In this document: positions 37,281-50,774 of the stretch, in pieces | Numbering within the stretch: position 1 is the first letter of the stretch | Layout of the letters: each line of letters begins with the position of its first letter | Origin: Camelus ferus | Taxonomy: Eukaryota | NCBI RefSeq assembly: GCF_009834535.1 | Contig: NC_045696.1 | Location: 75,952,001-76,016,000, forward strand | Direction: 5' to 3' | DNA length: 64,000 bases | Position numbers and translations under genes: made by a program | The notes under the pieces: generated by a model | Database searches by the model: none | What the model was told of the DNA's origin: nothing | Seen by the model: the letters and a program-made list of their open reading frames with translations, nothing else

Positions 37281-37959
37281 CTGGAGACTGAGAAAGAGTA
37301 GTGAACACCTGGAGAAGTATTTACTGTAGAAACCTAACACGGAGTGTAGTTCATGAAGTGGGTCAAACGGCCCCTGATTTATTGCTCTCTATGAGCACAT
37401 TTTCATCACCATCAATAATGCTTCTCAGAGCACAGTGTCCGAGCGTGTGATTTCCTCTCTGGACTGTGGACTGTGACTGCAGACTCAGCTACAGAAAAAT
37501 TTCCCAAAACGTTCTTAAGGTAACTTGAGATCATATACTGAAAAAGTTAGTCTATTTTTCTCCAGAGACCCATAGCACCAGTTTTTCTGATCACCCCTCC
37601 ATGGAGTGTGGTCTGTGCCAATCAGTTTAATCAAAAGTAACAATTGAAATGAACCGATCAGAATGGTTCTGCTACTGAGCTCAGCCATATTTGCTGTGTA
37701 TGAGAAAATGAACAAAATCAACTAAACAGTGACTGGTTTGTAGTCTCATGTCCTGTATAAACATGTTGAATATATTCCTCCTGAATGGTTTTGTGGAAAA
37801 AAACAAAAAACAAAAAAAAAAAAACCCACCTTTATTTGTTTTGAGTTGGGTACAGAAGAAAGGGTAGTTTAAATAAAAGAGGAATGATTGGGGAAGGGAG
37901 GATGTGGTATAAAATATGCGAGTTACTTTTAAGAAATTTAGAATGGAGCTTATTTTAAC

Positions 37960-38570
37960 AAACACATATCAACACCTCCCTAGTTAATGGTCCTGTCCCA
38001 GGAAATGTTGATAGAAAGACAAAAAAAAAAAGGCATCGCCAATGGTCCTCCCGGAGTTCACTGCCTATCTGGGGAGACAGGAAGTGCCACGTGACGACGT
38101 GGTGGGGTAACAGCCACAAGAGAAGCATCACAAGAGGCTGTGTATCCACGTTGGAGAGCAAGGAGGCAACTCTGAAGAGGTGATGGATGGGCTGAGACTG
38201 AAGGGTTGAGCAGCAAACAGCCCAAGAGCAAGGGGGGAGGGGAGGAACATTCAGGAGAAGACACAGAAGCCAAAGAGAGCATCGCAGGTTAGCAGGACAC
38301 TGTCCAGCGTGACTATGACTGATGCCAGGGCAGCAGGAGGGAAAACGGCCAGAGTGAGGGCAGGGTGAGACCTTCACAGGCCTCGTGTGGCCTGCTGAGC
38401 AGAAAGCGTCAGAAGGATTCTAACAGACGATGCGACCCAACCTGCTTTGTGAGGCAGCTGCGGCGGCAGAGTGGAGGGCAGATTTGCGGAGGGTGAGGCG
38501 GGAGGCGGGGATGCATAGAGGCGGTGGTAGTAATTCTCACCATCCAAGTGGACTCGAGTCAATGCAGACA
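37960..38570 (-). mobile_element. L2 LINE 3' fragment, unusually GC/CpG-rich
   Basis: ttaacaaacacatatcaacacctcc...gtcctcccggagttcactgcctatctggggagacag...gaggtgatggatgggctgagactgaagg...gaggaacattcagg follows the L2 3' layout. Confidence 0.6.
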
Positions 38571-38608
38571 AGCGCTAATCAGGAGGGCATACAGTTTTAA
38601 AGTATGCA

Positions 38609-39104
38609 TAGCTGGTCGCCGATTTATGATGGTTTGATTTCCTATTTTTTAATTCTACGATGGTGCGAAGGCATTCAGTAGAAACTGTAATTTGAATTTT
38701 GATCTTTTTCCTGGGCTAGCTATATGCAGTACTATCCTCTTCCCTAATGCTGGGCAGGGGCAGCGAGCCGCAGCCCCCGGCCCTGCCTGCCGGTCGGCCA
38801 GCGAGATGGGGGAAACAACCCATACACTTACAACTATTCTGTCCCCGTACAGCTAGTTGGTTTATCACTTTCAATACAGTATTCAACAAATTACATGACA
38901 CTTTATTATAAAATAGGCTTTGTGATAGCTGGTTTTGCCCAACTGTCGGCTAATGCTAAGTCCTGAGCATGTTTTATGGTGAGTGAGGCTAAGCTGTGAT
39001 GTTCAGTCAGTTAGGTATATTAAATGCATTTTCATCGTAAGATATTTTCAGTTTAAAAAGGGTTTATCAGGACATAATCTCATCATTAAGTCAAGGAAGA
39101 TCTG
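38609..39104 (-). mobile_element. TcMar-Tigger DNA transposon, MER47/Tigger5-like
   Basis: Termini agctggtcgccgatttatgatggtt ... ggtttatcaggacataatctcatcattaagtcaaggaagatctg followed by TA; internal actttattataaaataggctttgtg and aggctaagctgtgatgttcagtcagttaggtatattaaatgcatttt. Confidence 0.8.
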
Positions 39105-40329
39105 TATAGGCTAATGGGCTGGTGGTAAAAAAAATAGAATCATCTTATAAATTCAGTCTTGTTTTACTCTTCATTCTCTCCTGGTCCCATTAGGCACCTT
39201 GATACCTGAACCGTGCAAAAGAACTTTTCGTTTCTATAGTGAATTCAGTATTTAGTTTGTTTTTGTTTTTATCAATAACAAAAAGCTACAAAGGAGAATC
39301 ACTGACTTACCCAGGATAACTTAAAGGAAGTCCCTGTAGCTCTTTCATTATTTACTACAGAAGACATCAGAAATGACATTTTCGGTTGTTAACATTACAC
39401 ATCAAAGACACTCAGCTTTTACTAGGACTCTCATTAAAAGGAACACAACGAGCAGTAGCAGTGTTAGTTGTCAAGGGGAAGCTTCCAGATGAGCCACGTC
39501 ACTCAACCAGTGGAGTGTTTCTGTGAGTTGAGTACCAGCAATTACAGGGGATGGAGTTACCGAGCTGCAGCTCTGCAAAAGGAGGGATAAAACACTCTTT
39601 GTTCAACATAAACATTCATCTGCTATTTTGTCCCTAAAAGTTGCTCCTTGGATCCATCTCAAAAATGTGTCACAAAAGACAGATTGTTTTTCCAGCTTCC
39701 TCTTTTTGTCCAGATGTCACTAAACGTTCAAATGTTCATCGTTTTGCTGTGTAGAGAACAGAAGCTGTTCAGGCTTTTTTCCTTTTCTTCATCTTTGTTT
39801 TGTTTTGTTTTGTTTTTTGGTATGTCCAGACTACTTTTTATTTCACATTCTACCAGGTGTAACTGGAACACATTTTTTTTCTCCTTTAATTCATAAAATA
39901 TATTTAAAATTTTTTTCATCACAAAGTTTTGTAGCATAGTAAAAGGAATTATAACTGTTTGCTATACAGAAACGCTAATGATTTTTTTCTTCCTCATTAA
40001 ATGCTATTTGCAACTAAATGATGTTAAGGTTTTTTTTTTTTTTTCCCATCCCAGAGTAATCACAGTGAATTTAATCCTGCTTATCTTTCATGCTGAACAA
40101 AATCCCATCCATACCCATGTATGTGTGTGCTGAGTGTGTCTATGGAGGTGGGAAGGTGATGGCTAGTGCAGGGAAAAAATAGAGAGTTTAGCGATGAAAA
40201 TTATAGATAAAAGCCCTCTAAATATTAAGGAGATAATTCCTGGGCCTCCCCATCAGGCCTCCTTTTTAATATTTCAGATATAAGAGAATGCATCTCATTC
40301 CTCTCATCCTTAATCTTTCACTACACTTT

Positions 40330-40900
40330 AATGAAACTTGGCTCATACTTGTGACATGCCCACTGTGTTCAATTCACAGTGCTAGAGCCTCAAGGCCCTT
40401 ACCACTGAGGAAGGGTAATTATAGGTATTTATACAGCAAGCCAGATTGAGAGACCAGAAAGAAATACAAAGAAAGTTCAATGAAGAGATTAGAGAAAGGG
40501 AAGAATCATGCTCATTTGCAGGAATTGGGGAATGCTTCATGAAAGAGGCGATTTTGCACCCTTGAGGATGGGTAAATGTTCTTGATGGGAATGCATCAGT
40601 TCATAAGAAAGAAGTAGCAAAGATAAAGCCAAGGTGACAGGAAGGAATGTGCCATATGAAAAGGACACCCAGGTAGGCACATTTGGCTGAGTGTTACATA
40701 ATAGAAGTCAGTGAGATAAGAGTCTGGAAGGAAAATTGGGCCAGAGAATGAGGTTTCTATTAATACCCAAGTCAGATGGACATATCTGAGTTAGAAATAG
40801 AGAGCCACTGAAAATTTCTGAGTAAGAAAATGACTATCACAACTATGTTTAAGAAAAACTTACCTTGCAGTTATGTATTTTAAGCACAGGGAAGACATGA
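40330..40900 (-). mobile_element. L2 LINE fragment
   Basis: gggaatgcttcatgaaagagg...gagataagagtctggaagg...gggccaga...agagccactgaaaatttctgagtaagaaaatgac. Confidence 0.65.
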
Positions 40901-42377
40901 TAAATTAGGAAGTTGGGAAATTAGGAAATTATCCTCTTTAGAAAAGAGGTATTGAGTAGGACCTGAAGAGAAATAGTGAAAGTAAAAAGGAGAAGCTAGA
41001 TGCAAGCTCATTCTTTCTGCGTCATGGTTCATGTATCATTTTATTGTGACTGGCAAAGTTACCTCGTTATGTGTGGAGATAAGATGGTTCCCTTGAGTGA
41101 TAGACCAGAGGTAGATCAGTTAGTTGATGTTGATATGTTCCCTGCAAGGACCAGCTCACTCATTAGAGCGCAGGTATTTACTACAGAAAAAAATAGAGAG
41201 CGAGTAAATTTTTCTTTTATTTTGGAAACCGGAATGAAGTAGGAGGATACTATGGAATGTGGAAAGACAGAAAGCTAATGAAGATTAAGTTAAATAGGTT
41301 TGACTTTTAATCAGATGCCACAAGTGTATGGAAACAAGATCTTGGGACCCAGATCAAAGTGTTACTCAGAGGTCATATGCTGAAACAACAGGCAGAAAGG
41401 GAAACAAAGTAGGAATTCTGTGCTGGGAAGCATGTAGGGTAATTTTCAATCAACATGTAGTAAGTACACATCCAGCACTGTGCTCGGTGCCCTCCAGGCC
41501 TTACACATTCCACAGTCGGGTGTGATGACTTGCAACTATGGTGGGGAATGGGGCGAACGTGGCATGAATGAGCAGATTTGAGCATGGCTGAGTGCTAAAA
41601 CAGTTTTTTAAAAAGTTAAGATATACTGGCTTGGAGGTATTTATCTTTTAGGAGATAAAGATTCTCCTGCGGGCACTTTTATTTATCCAATTTTTGGAGG
41701 AGAAGGTTTCATTTTGTTTCACCTGACAGAATGTGGGAACCACTGTGAGGCAGAATTGATAGGACTTGCATGGTGAGGAGGCAGGAACCACCCAAGATGC
41801 CAGAAGTCTTGATCCCGGGAGATTGATGGGTTGACAAGGGACATCATAGTGATTCAGTCTTTCACCACCATCTGATCTGAGAAAAGCCCACCTACCAAGT
41901 CACTTCACTCCCCTTGTGTGTACCCATCCCATATACATACTTGGTAATTGATGGAAAGGGATAAAAGGAGCACTTTTAGGTGAAATTTCCATACATTCAG
42001 AATTCAAGCCCAAGATAGCCATCAGAAAAACCAAAAACTGGCTCTTTTCATTAACATTTCTTTGCTTCCTTAATCAAATTCCTCTCTCCTTAACCTCAAA
42101 CCCTGTCCTTTCTCATGGTAACTTCTAGGGACCTGACAGCTTTCTATAGTCACAAGCCTCCTCTGACTATCTCATTTTTTCATTTGTAAATGTAAATTAG
42201 ATCCCTGACTCTTAACTTCTTGCACATAGACTTAACTAGGCACGTATTTAAAAAAAAAAATTCTCTGTGCTTCTTTGTAAGAATTGCAGCACAAGGATAT
42301 TTCAGCCCAAGGAAAATATGATTTATTTTCTTTTTTTGTTTTCTGCCTCACAGCACCATCCTAAATATATTACTCTA

Positions 42378-42562
42378 CAGCAGAAGCTCTCAACCTTGGC
42401 TGTACATTAGAATAATTTGAGGACCTTCTAAAAATCTCAGTGCATAAGACATCCTAAAGACCAGTTAAGTCAGGATCTCTCAGGAGGGGGTGAAACTCAG
42501 GCACCAGCATTCTTAAAACTCCCCAGGTGATTCCAGTGTGCAGACAGGATTAAGAAGCACTC
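42378..42562. mobile_element. MER5-like hAT-Charlie MITE
   Basis: ctctcaaccttggctgtacattagaat...aaactccccaggtgattccagtgtgcagacaggattaagaagcact. Confidence 0.8.
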
Positions 42563-43899
42563 CTCACAGCAACACCTAATTACTTCTCTGTTCCCTGAAC
42601 TGGCATTTGTTTTCATGATTCTTGTGCCCACACTATTTTCCTAACATTGAATACCTTTTCCTATTTCACCTTCTAAAACAAAACAAGACAAAACCAAACC
42701 TGCATAGCCACGAAAGCCCAACTCAAATGCCTTCTTTGCAAAGTCCTCTCTTCTGCCCCTTAATCAGTTTGAATTGAATTATTTCTCCCTATCCAAGCTA
42801 CTTGGATCTAAACACACTAAACATTGAGCTGTGAATTCTGGATGGTTGTGGACAGCTCTTTTTCCCAAATGGATTCCAAGCTATTTAAACATAGAAATTT
42901 GGGCACATAGTGAACATTCAATAAATATTTTGAAATCATATTAAAATTGCCCCCCCAAATACATAAACCTATACCCTTCCTATAAATAGTGTGGGTGATG
43001 ACTTGTGCCTTCTATTAATAATGAGTTCTTTGAAAAGCCATAATACCATTTCTTATAAAATCGTGGGATGTGATTTACTATTCCTGGCAAAAGCTGCTGC
43101 TCATCAGTGATAACTCTGAAGTCAGTGATAACATAATTCAGCAGACATAGTGATTCTCAACCTACGCACAATGCCATATGGGCTTCAATACAGCATTACT
43201 TCCTGCTCATACAAATACACTCCAGGTTTTGTTTTGTAAAACTTAACTTAGATTAAATGAGCATTGGCCAAAGAATCTAAAGTCCTCCCAGGATATTGGC
43301 TATATAGTAAATGGTGGAGAGAGAGAGACAGAAGGAGGGAAAAAGGTGGGGAACAAAACCCACTCCTGGAAGAGACATCTTAGGCATGACCAAGGCATTC
43401 CAGGTGTCTCTGTCTTCCCTCTCTGCTCCCATTTAAAGCCTGGATCTAATTCTGTCTTATGGTGACTGACTGACTCCACTATCAAATGGGGAGCAACTTG
43501 AAGGTATCATGTTTTACTTTTTTTCATACGTAACACTTACCTATCATAGCACCTATCGTACAACAGGAGTCAAAACATATTTCTTGAATCAATAATTGAA
43601 CAAAAAGAAGAACACTGAATTGATAAAGGTAAGTATTAGTATAAATAACTCTATCTCAAAAATGTCTTCTTTTGTTGCCCATAGAAAGCAAGCCCCAATT
43701 CCTGCCAGCCCAATTCCTGTAGGTACAGTGATGTGAACGGTGCCTGACTAGACAGGAACACCTAGAAGAAAAATAATTAAATGTACAAGCGATAAATCAA
43801 GCAAATATTATTTGATTAAGTGATATTACTTCAAAGGGTGCAAATTTTAAGTTACAAATTTCACTTACCCACTCAAAAATCTTAAGTTACAGTTAACCT

Positions 43900-44050
43900 A
43901 GAGGGCCAGAACTAAAGTAAGGCAAGAGAGGCACCCACTTTGGGTATAAAATTTAAAGGGGTGCAAAAAACCTTGATAAGCAAGATAAATAATAGTGAAT
44001 GTGATATTCCTAAAAATCAAGAAATGCAATAAAACATGATGAACAACTAT
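43900..44050 (+). mobile_element. ancient DNA transposon fragment (hAT-like; family not assigned)
   Basis: agggccagaactaaagtaaggcaagagaggcac...aaaatttaaaggggtgcaaaaaa...caagataaataata resembles a eutherian MER terminus. Confidence 0.45.
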
Positions 44051-44581
44051 AAGGATACAATTCATAGGGGATAGATTTGCAAAATATTATATGAGCATTA
44101 TTATATCATGAGCAATATTATATCAAAATATTATATGGGAATTACTACATAATGCTGTTAGTAAAGCGTTGAGCAGGATAATGGCCCACAGGTTTTGATG
44201 CACACAGTTTTGAAACTGGAACCATCTGGGCACAGACATGGGCTGCTTTATAAAAGGAAATCATTTAGCACCAGAGGCTGTTGTGGGTGATTTTCCATAA
44301 GAAGCAGCAAATAATTTTTCATGTTTGGGTTTTAATATGTAGTCAAAGTATCTAATGTGTTAGAAAAGAAATTGATACTGCCCCCACTATAGTGCTCTAT
44401 GAAGTATTTATATATTGAAAAACACATGCTTTCATTTGACTGTTCACTATTCTATCATCTCCTGAGTGTCTAGCATGGTGCTCAGCACCAAAGCTGATAC
44501 ACTGGCCAGCTAGGGGCAGACACCCTTGTCGGCAAACACCAGTAATGGAATACAGAGAAAGATACAAGAGAAAGTGATGGG

Positions 44582-44616
44582 GTTACCATGGAAACAGAAC
44601 GACTTCTCCCTAGGGA
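44582..44616. promoter_or_regulatory. candidate RFX X-box plus EBF site
   Basis: GTTACCATGGAAAC (44582-44595) and TCCCTAGGGA (44607-44616); motif evidence only. Confidence 0.3.
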
Positions 44617-44995
44617 AAGGATAAGGGGACAAGCTGCAAAAAACTTCAGGTCAGGGTAATATAACTAATTAGGTAACATGCACTTTTCAAAATTGCTTTT
44701 TTCTCCCCTAAAAGCTAGTTGGCAATTTGTATGAAATGCCTTAAAATTCAGAATAAATTTGATGAAGTATTTCCATTTTAAGGAAATCACTTCAAAGATA
44801 TCTTAACAGAACTGTGTTAAGATTTCTCTTTATTAATGCTGATCATAGTATCTTCTAGAATATAATAAAAATAAAGGAATAAACCTCACTAGCCATACTA
44901 TGCCACTGTTATCACATACACTGTAGAATGGAATACTTGGAGCAATTAAAATTATGTCGGTAAGGGTCAGTATGACACAGAATGGTGTATACACC

Positions 44996-45161
44996 TGCTA
45001 CTCTTCAAAAGTTGCTCCCTGGACTGGCGTAATGGGCATTCTCAGGATGCTGTGAGATATGCAGAGTCCCACGCCACATCCCAGACCTACCGAACCAGAA
45101 TCTGCATTTTAACCAAGTCCGCAAATGATTCTCACACACATTAAAGTTTGAGAAGTACTGG
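44996..45161. mobile_element. MER5A-like hAT-Charlie MITE
   Basis: cccagacctaccgaaccagaatctgcattttaaccaagtcc...tgattctcacacacattaaagtttgagaagtactgg. Confidence 0.85.
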
Positions 45162-46454
45162 CATGTGCCACGTTTTTAAGCAAAAGGAAAGTATGCACAT
45201 TATGGTTCCATTTTTGAATCCTTGAAGTTTGCTCAATGAATAGATATATACATCAAAATGTACACAGTGATTATCTCCGGCGACTGTGCTTTTTATTTTC
45301 TCCTTTTCCTCGTGTCTTCTAACTATCCAACTACAAATGTGTATTACTTTTGTTATAAGAAAAAAGTAATTTTTATACATGTATTTTCTCTTTGTTATTT
45401 TTCTTTTAAAATGACTGTTCATGGTGAGTGAATTATTTTCTATAAGATAAAAATTCAGATCAATTACACATTGAGGTTTGCAAAATTGAAAGTATAATTT
45501 CATATCAATCAGTTCTAGGACGATATTTCTAGTACAATTGTGGTTTTAAATATTTCTTCACATTGTTTCCATAAGAATATTTGTCTTTTTCTATTCATGT
45601 ATCTTGCTTTTCAGCCAGTTAAAGATGGTTATGTTTATAGTGCACCTCATCTATCAGTAGGTTATGTAATCTCTCAGTTCTTGGTTTCCTCTGAACCTCA
45701 CCCTCTCCCCTGTTGCCATCCTAAAACTATTAATATACATAAATTTTCCATTTTTCTCCTTCACTTTGTTTTAGGACTTGCAAAACCTCCTTTCACAAAA
45801 CAAGTGCAATTAGCATATCCAGGTGTTATGCTAACCCCCTTTGGAGGCTATTTTAAACCCCATACTCTTCTTAGAGGAGGACGCTGAGGTTAGAGGACAC
45901 AGGAGGTGCCAGACGTGAAGCCAAGGCAAGAGGGAGAAGAGATCCCCACCTGGATAGTTGCACAGGTGGGCCCCGCTAGCACAGAGTAGACAAGATGGAG
46001 AGAAGGGAAGTGTCGGGAAAAATGAGAAGAGCCTACCTCCGAAGCTTGCCTACAGCAGTCCCAGCTCACTCCAAGACATTTAGGGAATGCAAGCAAAATC
46101 CCACTCCAATGCAAGCCTTTTTCATGTAACATTTTGTTATGAGTCAGTGCACATGTCTTCTGAGAAGGGACATAGTAATTCTGCTTTGCTCATCTCATCC
46201 CAGGGATCTTATAGAACAAGTAAAGTAACAAGGCCCATCAATGCAGCAGACTGACTAAGGTAAACCTTGCCCTGTTGGGTATCTGTGCTCTTTTCTGTAG
46301 CAGAGACTTTAAGCAACAGCAATGGGAAGATAAGGAGACAAAGCGGCTGCATTTCAAAGAGGTCGCAGGCAGAGGACGTGGGGAAGACGACTGAAAAAAT
46401 ACTAGAAGAAATGGAGAGGAAGTAATACTTATGGCGGAACTGAAGGGCAGGCTT

Positions 46455-46625
46455 TTTCATATACGATCTCATTTAATCCTCACAATAGGCTGCACTGTAC
46501 GTGAGCTGGCTGAGATTCAGTGAGTTCATCCCTTTCCCCAGCTGACTCAGCTAATGCTGGTGGAATAGGAAATCAGCTTAGGCTTAGCTAATTCCAAAGC
46601 TCATGTTCTTTCCACATTAACACAC
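46455..46625 (-). mobile_element. MIR SINE
   Basis: atctcatttaatcctcacaata...gctgagattcagtgag...ttccaaagctcatgttctttccac. Confidence 0.7.
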
Positions 46626-47039
46626 CACCTCAAGAAGCAACTCTTATTATGAGTCATTCACTGTATCCCCCAAAACTTAATTTTTAAAAAAGTCCCCAAA
46701 GCAGGGCTTCTCCCACCCTTGATTTGTAGACTATCTTCCCTCAGAATGTCCTATGTACCTTGTTAAAATTCTCGATTTCATTCACTGGGTGGGACACAGG
46801 CATTTGTATCGTAAACATTGCCCAGGCAGCTCTGATGCACAGACCACACAGAAGCATGCCTAGGAAGGGCACGATCTACACATTAGAAGGAGATTACTCT
46901 TAGAACACTTTTAGAAGGAGGCCACTCTTAGAACAAACACTTCGAGCCTTTTTCCACCAACACGCCTTTGAGAACACTGCTCCCTCCTCTTGGTCTGTGC
47001 TCCACTTTTCATGACTGGGTCAAGGCCCTCTAAGATGGA

Positions 47040-47405
47040 GGAAAGGAATCTGGAGTGAGAAAAATGGAAGTTGAGTCTTACACCTCGCCATTAACTAGTG
47101 ATGCTAGGTAAGGAAGCAACAAACTCTCTGAAACTTAGTTTACTTTTCTATAAAATGGAGAACATAATTCCTGCCTCAGTCACCTCACATGAGGATTGTG
47201 AGGAACTAATAGGATTTAACTAAAATTGACTCATAGACTCTGATGTTTCGACAGATGTTAGTAATTCAGTGAGGAGTAGGAACTGTGAAAAATGGAAAGA
47301 GCCTGGACTTGATGTCAGATGTGAATCAGAGTTCTGGCTCTGCCTCTCACTCGCTCTCTGAACACTTAACCTCCTGTAACCTGTTCCCATTGGTATAAAA
47401 AGAGA
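47040..47405 (+). mobile_element. two adjacent MIR fragments
   Basis: ctctctgaaacttagtttacttttctataaaatggagaacataattcctgcctc...aggattgtgagga, and gtgaaaaatggaaagagcctggactt...ttctggctctgcctctcact. Confidence 0.65.
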
Positions 47406-49017
47406 ATGACAAACATGTGTGCCCAAGAGCAGGAATGGAAGTAACCTAAACATCCATCAGCAGGGGACTTGCTCAGTTAAGGATGTTTTGCTCTTACTGC
47501 TAGAGAGGAGTGCCTTCTCTCCACTCCTGATTTCCATGGAAAGGGATTTTTAAGCATCTCAATGGCTTCCCTTCTGCCATTTAGTCACTCTACCCCTGGG
47601 AAGGTGGCATAACATATCTAAGGGTTATGTCTTGGCTCAGCTTTACTCTTCATTTTGGGAACCGTGCTAGGCTGCACAGATGAGTTCTACATATGCAGGT
47701 TCAGTATTAACAAGTCTGCTTGACTAGTCACACAAAACCCTAGTCCCTGGTCTGGCCTCTATCTGAAATACAATTAAATCTGTGGCCTCCATGTGCTATT
47801 CATTTGTTTTGTTCTCAAATTGTTCAGAACCTAAGGGCAGGGGGCAGGGAAAAAGGGGTGCTATTTTTTGGATCCTTTCAAAATTCTAATATATATTGAA
47901 AACTGTGTAACCACTGAAAAAAAAAGAGGTGAAGCCATATGTACTTATTGTCATGGAAATTACCTTGGGATATGTTGTTAAGTGAAAAGTGTCAGGTCCA
48001 GAACAGGCTATTTTAAAGTATCCCCATTTGTATAAAAATAAAGGATGTGTTCACAGAGAAATGCACATATATTTAATTAGAAAATTACCAGAAGAATATA
48101 GAAGAAACCATTTGCTCTGGTTGCCTTGGGGGTGGCAACGGAGAATGTGAGGTACGATGTACATTCTCTAACATGATTTTAACTTTTAGTTATACTTGTA
48201 TTATTTTTTAAATTTAAAAAAGGTTTTAAACACACATCTGTCACATTGTTGTGCTGAGGAGTAAACAGTATTGCACAGATAAATAAAACCTGCAGAGCAG
48301 AGTCGGTAAGTTCATCTTCTTTTCTTCGTTTTCCTACCAGGAAGTCCCTCTGCCCATAATATATCTCTGGAGCTGTTGCGGGTCACTTTCTTACAGTCCT
48401 GCCCTCTGACTTCACTTAGCCTCAGCTGTGCCCCTCGTCACCAGAAAGCAAGCTTCAGGACAGCAAAGGACCGAGAACCGTGGCCCTCCCAGCACTTGGC
48501 CTAGTCTCAACAGAGTAGAGAGCCCTGATCAGCACGCAAGTCTTTTAGTGCCCAGGCCAACTGGCTACTCTAATTGTCGTGGAGATGGAACTGGGATAAA
48601 GAAAGCCTTTGCGTGACTCTGCTAAGCAGGAAGCAGAGCTTCAAAGAGCAGCGGAGGCTCCCCAGCAGAACTGGGACTCAGCGTGTGATGGTCTGTGCAA
48701 AATCACATGCGTGCTGCTCCCAACCACCATCAGCTCCTCACACGGAAACCTTAAATGGTAACATATGGCTAACACAAAACAAATCTGACTTTCCCTTCCA
48801 CTGTTTGTTTGGTAATTATTTATTTATTGGAGTTCAAGAAAGTAAAAAATAAAAATTACCAAAGCAAGGGAAAATGAGCTGCAAGCTCCTTCGACGTTTT
48901 TTACCGTAGGCATGATTTGCAAAGTTATGCATTGGTGTTGCTCGGCTAAAATCTATCTTGGATAGTAGTGCACTCTCTTTGAACGACTGCAGCCTAGGAA
49001 GTCCCACAGAATGAGTT

Positions 49018-49511
49018 TGTGAACAAAAAATACTGCAAACCATATCAGTAAACAATGCTGAAGCCATCAAGTCATTAGCGGCTGCCGCCACCCCACAGTG
49101 AAGACAAGCCTGCAGCCCAGCCCCTGCAGCCACTCACAATGGTGCACCCTGAGGGGACTCAGAATAAGAAAGGACAGGATCCTGGCCCTAGATAGCTAGG
49201 TGCTTGTCAAAGGAATGAATTCAGTCAGCCCAAAAGTTTGCTTCCTCCCATGCATAGAAAAGCGCTAAATTCTTTAACTTGAGATGCCTGGTTTTCTTTA
49301 GTTAACATGTAATCATTTAATGTTCCAATTACCTGGTCTTTGTTGTAAAGCTCCTACATATCCTGGCTCCTCCCCTACTTCTTCGGAGCAGTCCCTCAGA
49401 GCGATCTGAGAGGCTGTCATTCCAGGCTCAAAGGGGTTCGAGTCCTCAAAAATGTCCACCAAATAAAACATAACTCTCAACTTTTAGGCTGTGTGTTTAT
49501 TTCAGTTGACA
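49018..49511 (+). mobile_element. ERV1-class solo LTR (cetartiodactyl MER41-like, by recall) inserted in a MIR
   Basis: TG...CA ends with imperfect inverted termini tgtgaac/gttgaca; AATAAA at about 49462; degenerate TATA-like cctacatatcc; gttt target duplication (49015-49018 / 49512-49515, one T shared); MIR continues at 49512-49670. Confidence 0.85.
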
Positions 49512-50774
49512 GTTTCAAATCCTGACTCCACCCTTGCTAGGTCTGTGGCATATGCTCTCTAAGCCTTGGTTTCTACTGCTATGAAATGAGAATAATACTT
49601 ACCTTCATGGTATAAATAGTAAAATACCTATAAAGTACCAGACAGATGCCCTAAATGTGGTAATAATTATTAATATAAAAATTAACTGATAAAAATAATA
49701 AAATTAACTATGACTAATCATCCGTTCGGTTATTTGAGTTTTTCTACTGGTCTGTGACTTTGTTGAGTATGGAACCCTTTTCTGTTCATTTTTATGACCC
49801 TCGCACTGAGCACATTGTCTTATTTATAGCTCACTCCCTAACAAACATGTACTGAATAAAGAGAAAGAGAATTAGGAATAACCTCAAACCAGGCTAACCC
49901 ATGTCATTTCTGACCACACTCAACATGAACCTCTGTATCAGGACATCAGGTCTCTTCCCACTTCCTTTTCACAGACCGTTCTCAGTACTAAGAAGGGGAA
50001 AAATATCAGGCCAATTGTATGGAAACTGGTCTTAAGTCATTGAAGATTTCCAAGAAAGAGGATAAGCTAGAAGCACTCCTAGAGTTGAAAAACTGAGTTT
50101 TCAGGCAGTGTTTCTTAGCAACATGCAATTTAAATCTCCCTGCTTCAAACCTGGGTCTGCTGCTAGGGGGTTCAATTTATGTTATAAGTAATTTGCTCTG
50201 GGACACAAAAAGAAAATTTGTAAAAATAACTGCAGTATAAAATTTGGTCTTATTAAAAAAGGTTCGTGATAGAAAACTAGTTATTTCATATTCCCCCATA
50301 TATACTAAACTTCTACTATGTACCAGGCAATATTAGAAACAAAAACCCCAACATGATTAAGATATGACCCTATTCCAAAAATAGTGTGCTTGTCACCTAA
50401 TAAAATGACCTTACACTTTCCTTCTATATTTTTACTTCTCTAAATTTGTAAAGGCTTTGATTGTTAGCTTGATTAAAACTGCTATCTCAACCCCTCCTCT
50501 CTCATTAACCCACATATTTAAAAGAATTCTGCATGGCACAAATATGATGGCTTTTTAAAAAATTTCTTATCAACCAATGAATGTTCATTTTACTACAGTA
50601 TTACAAGCCTGGCTTTGTTAAAACAGGCACACAGTTCACAGGTGACTGAAATTCCTACAAAACTTAAGATGTTAACATATATTTTTTTTAATGTATTTAC
50701 TTAAAAGCAAAGCAATATTTATTTTAAAACATACTAAAATACAATTTGATATTTATATAAATTAAAAATGAAAT

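Noticed and set aside
39300..39340. Possible minus-strand micro-exon (ctacag|...tgg|gtaagt)
   Set aside because: Good donor but no polypyrimidine tract, and no partner exons found; such motifs are expected by chance.
46540..46552. MARE/AP-1-like palindrome agctgactcagct
   Set aside because: A single motif within a decayed MIR with no supporting cluster.
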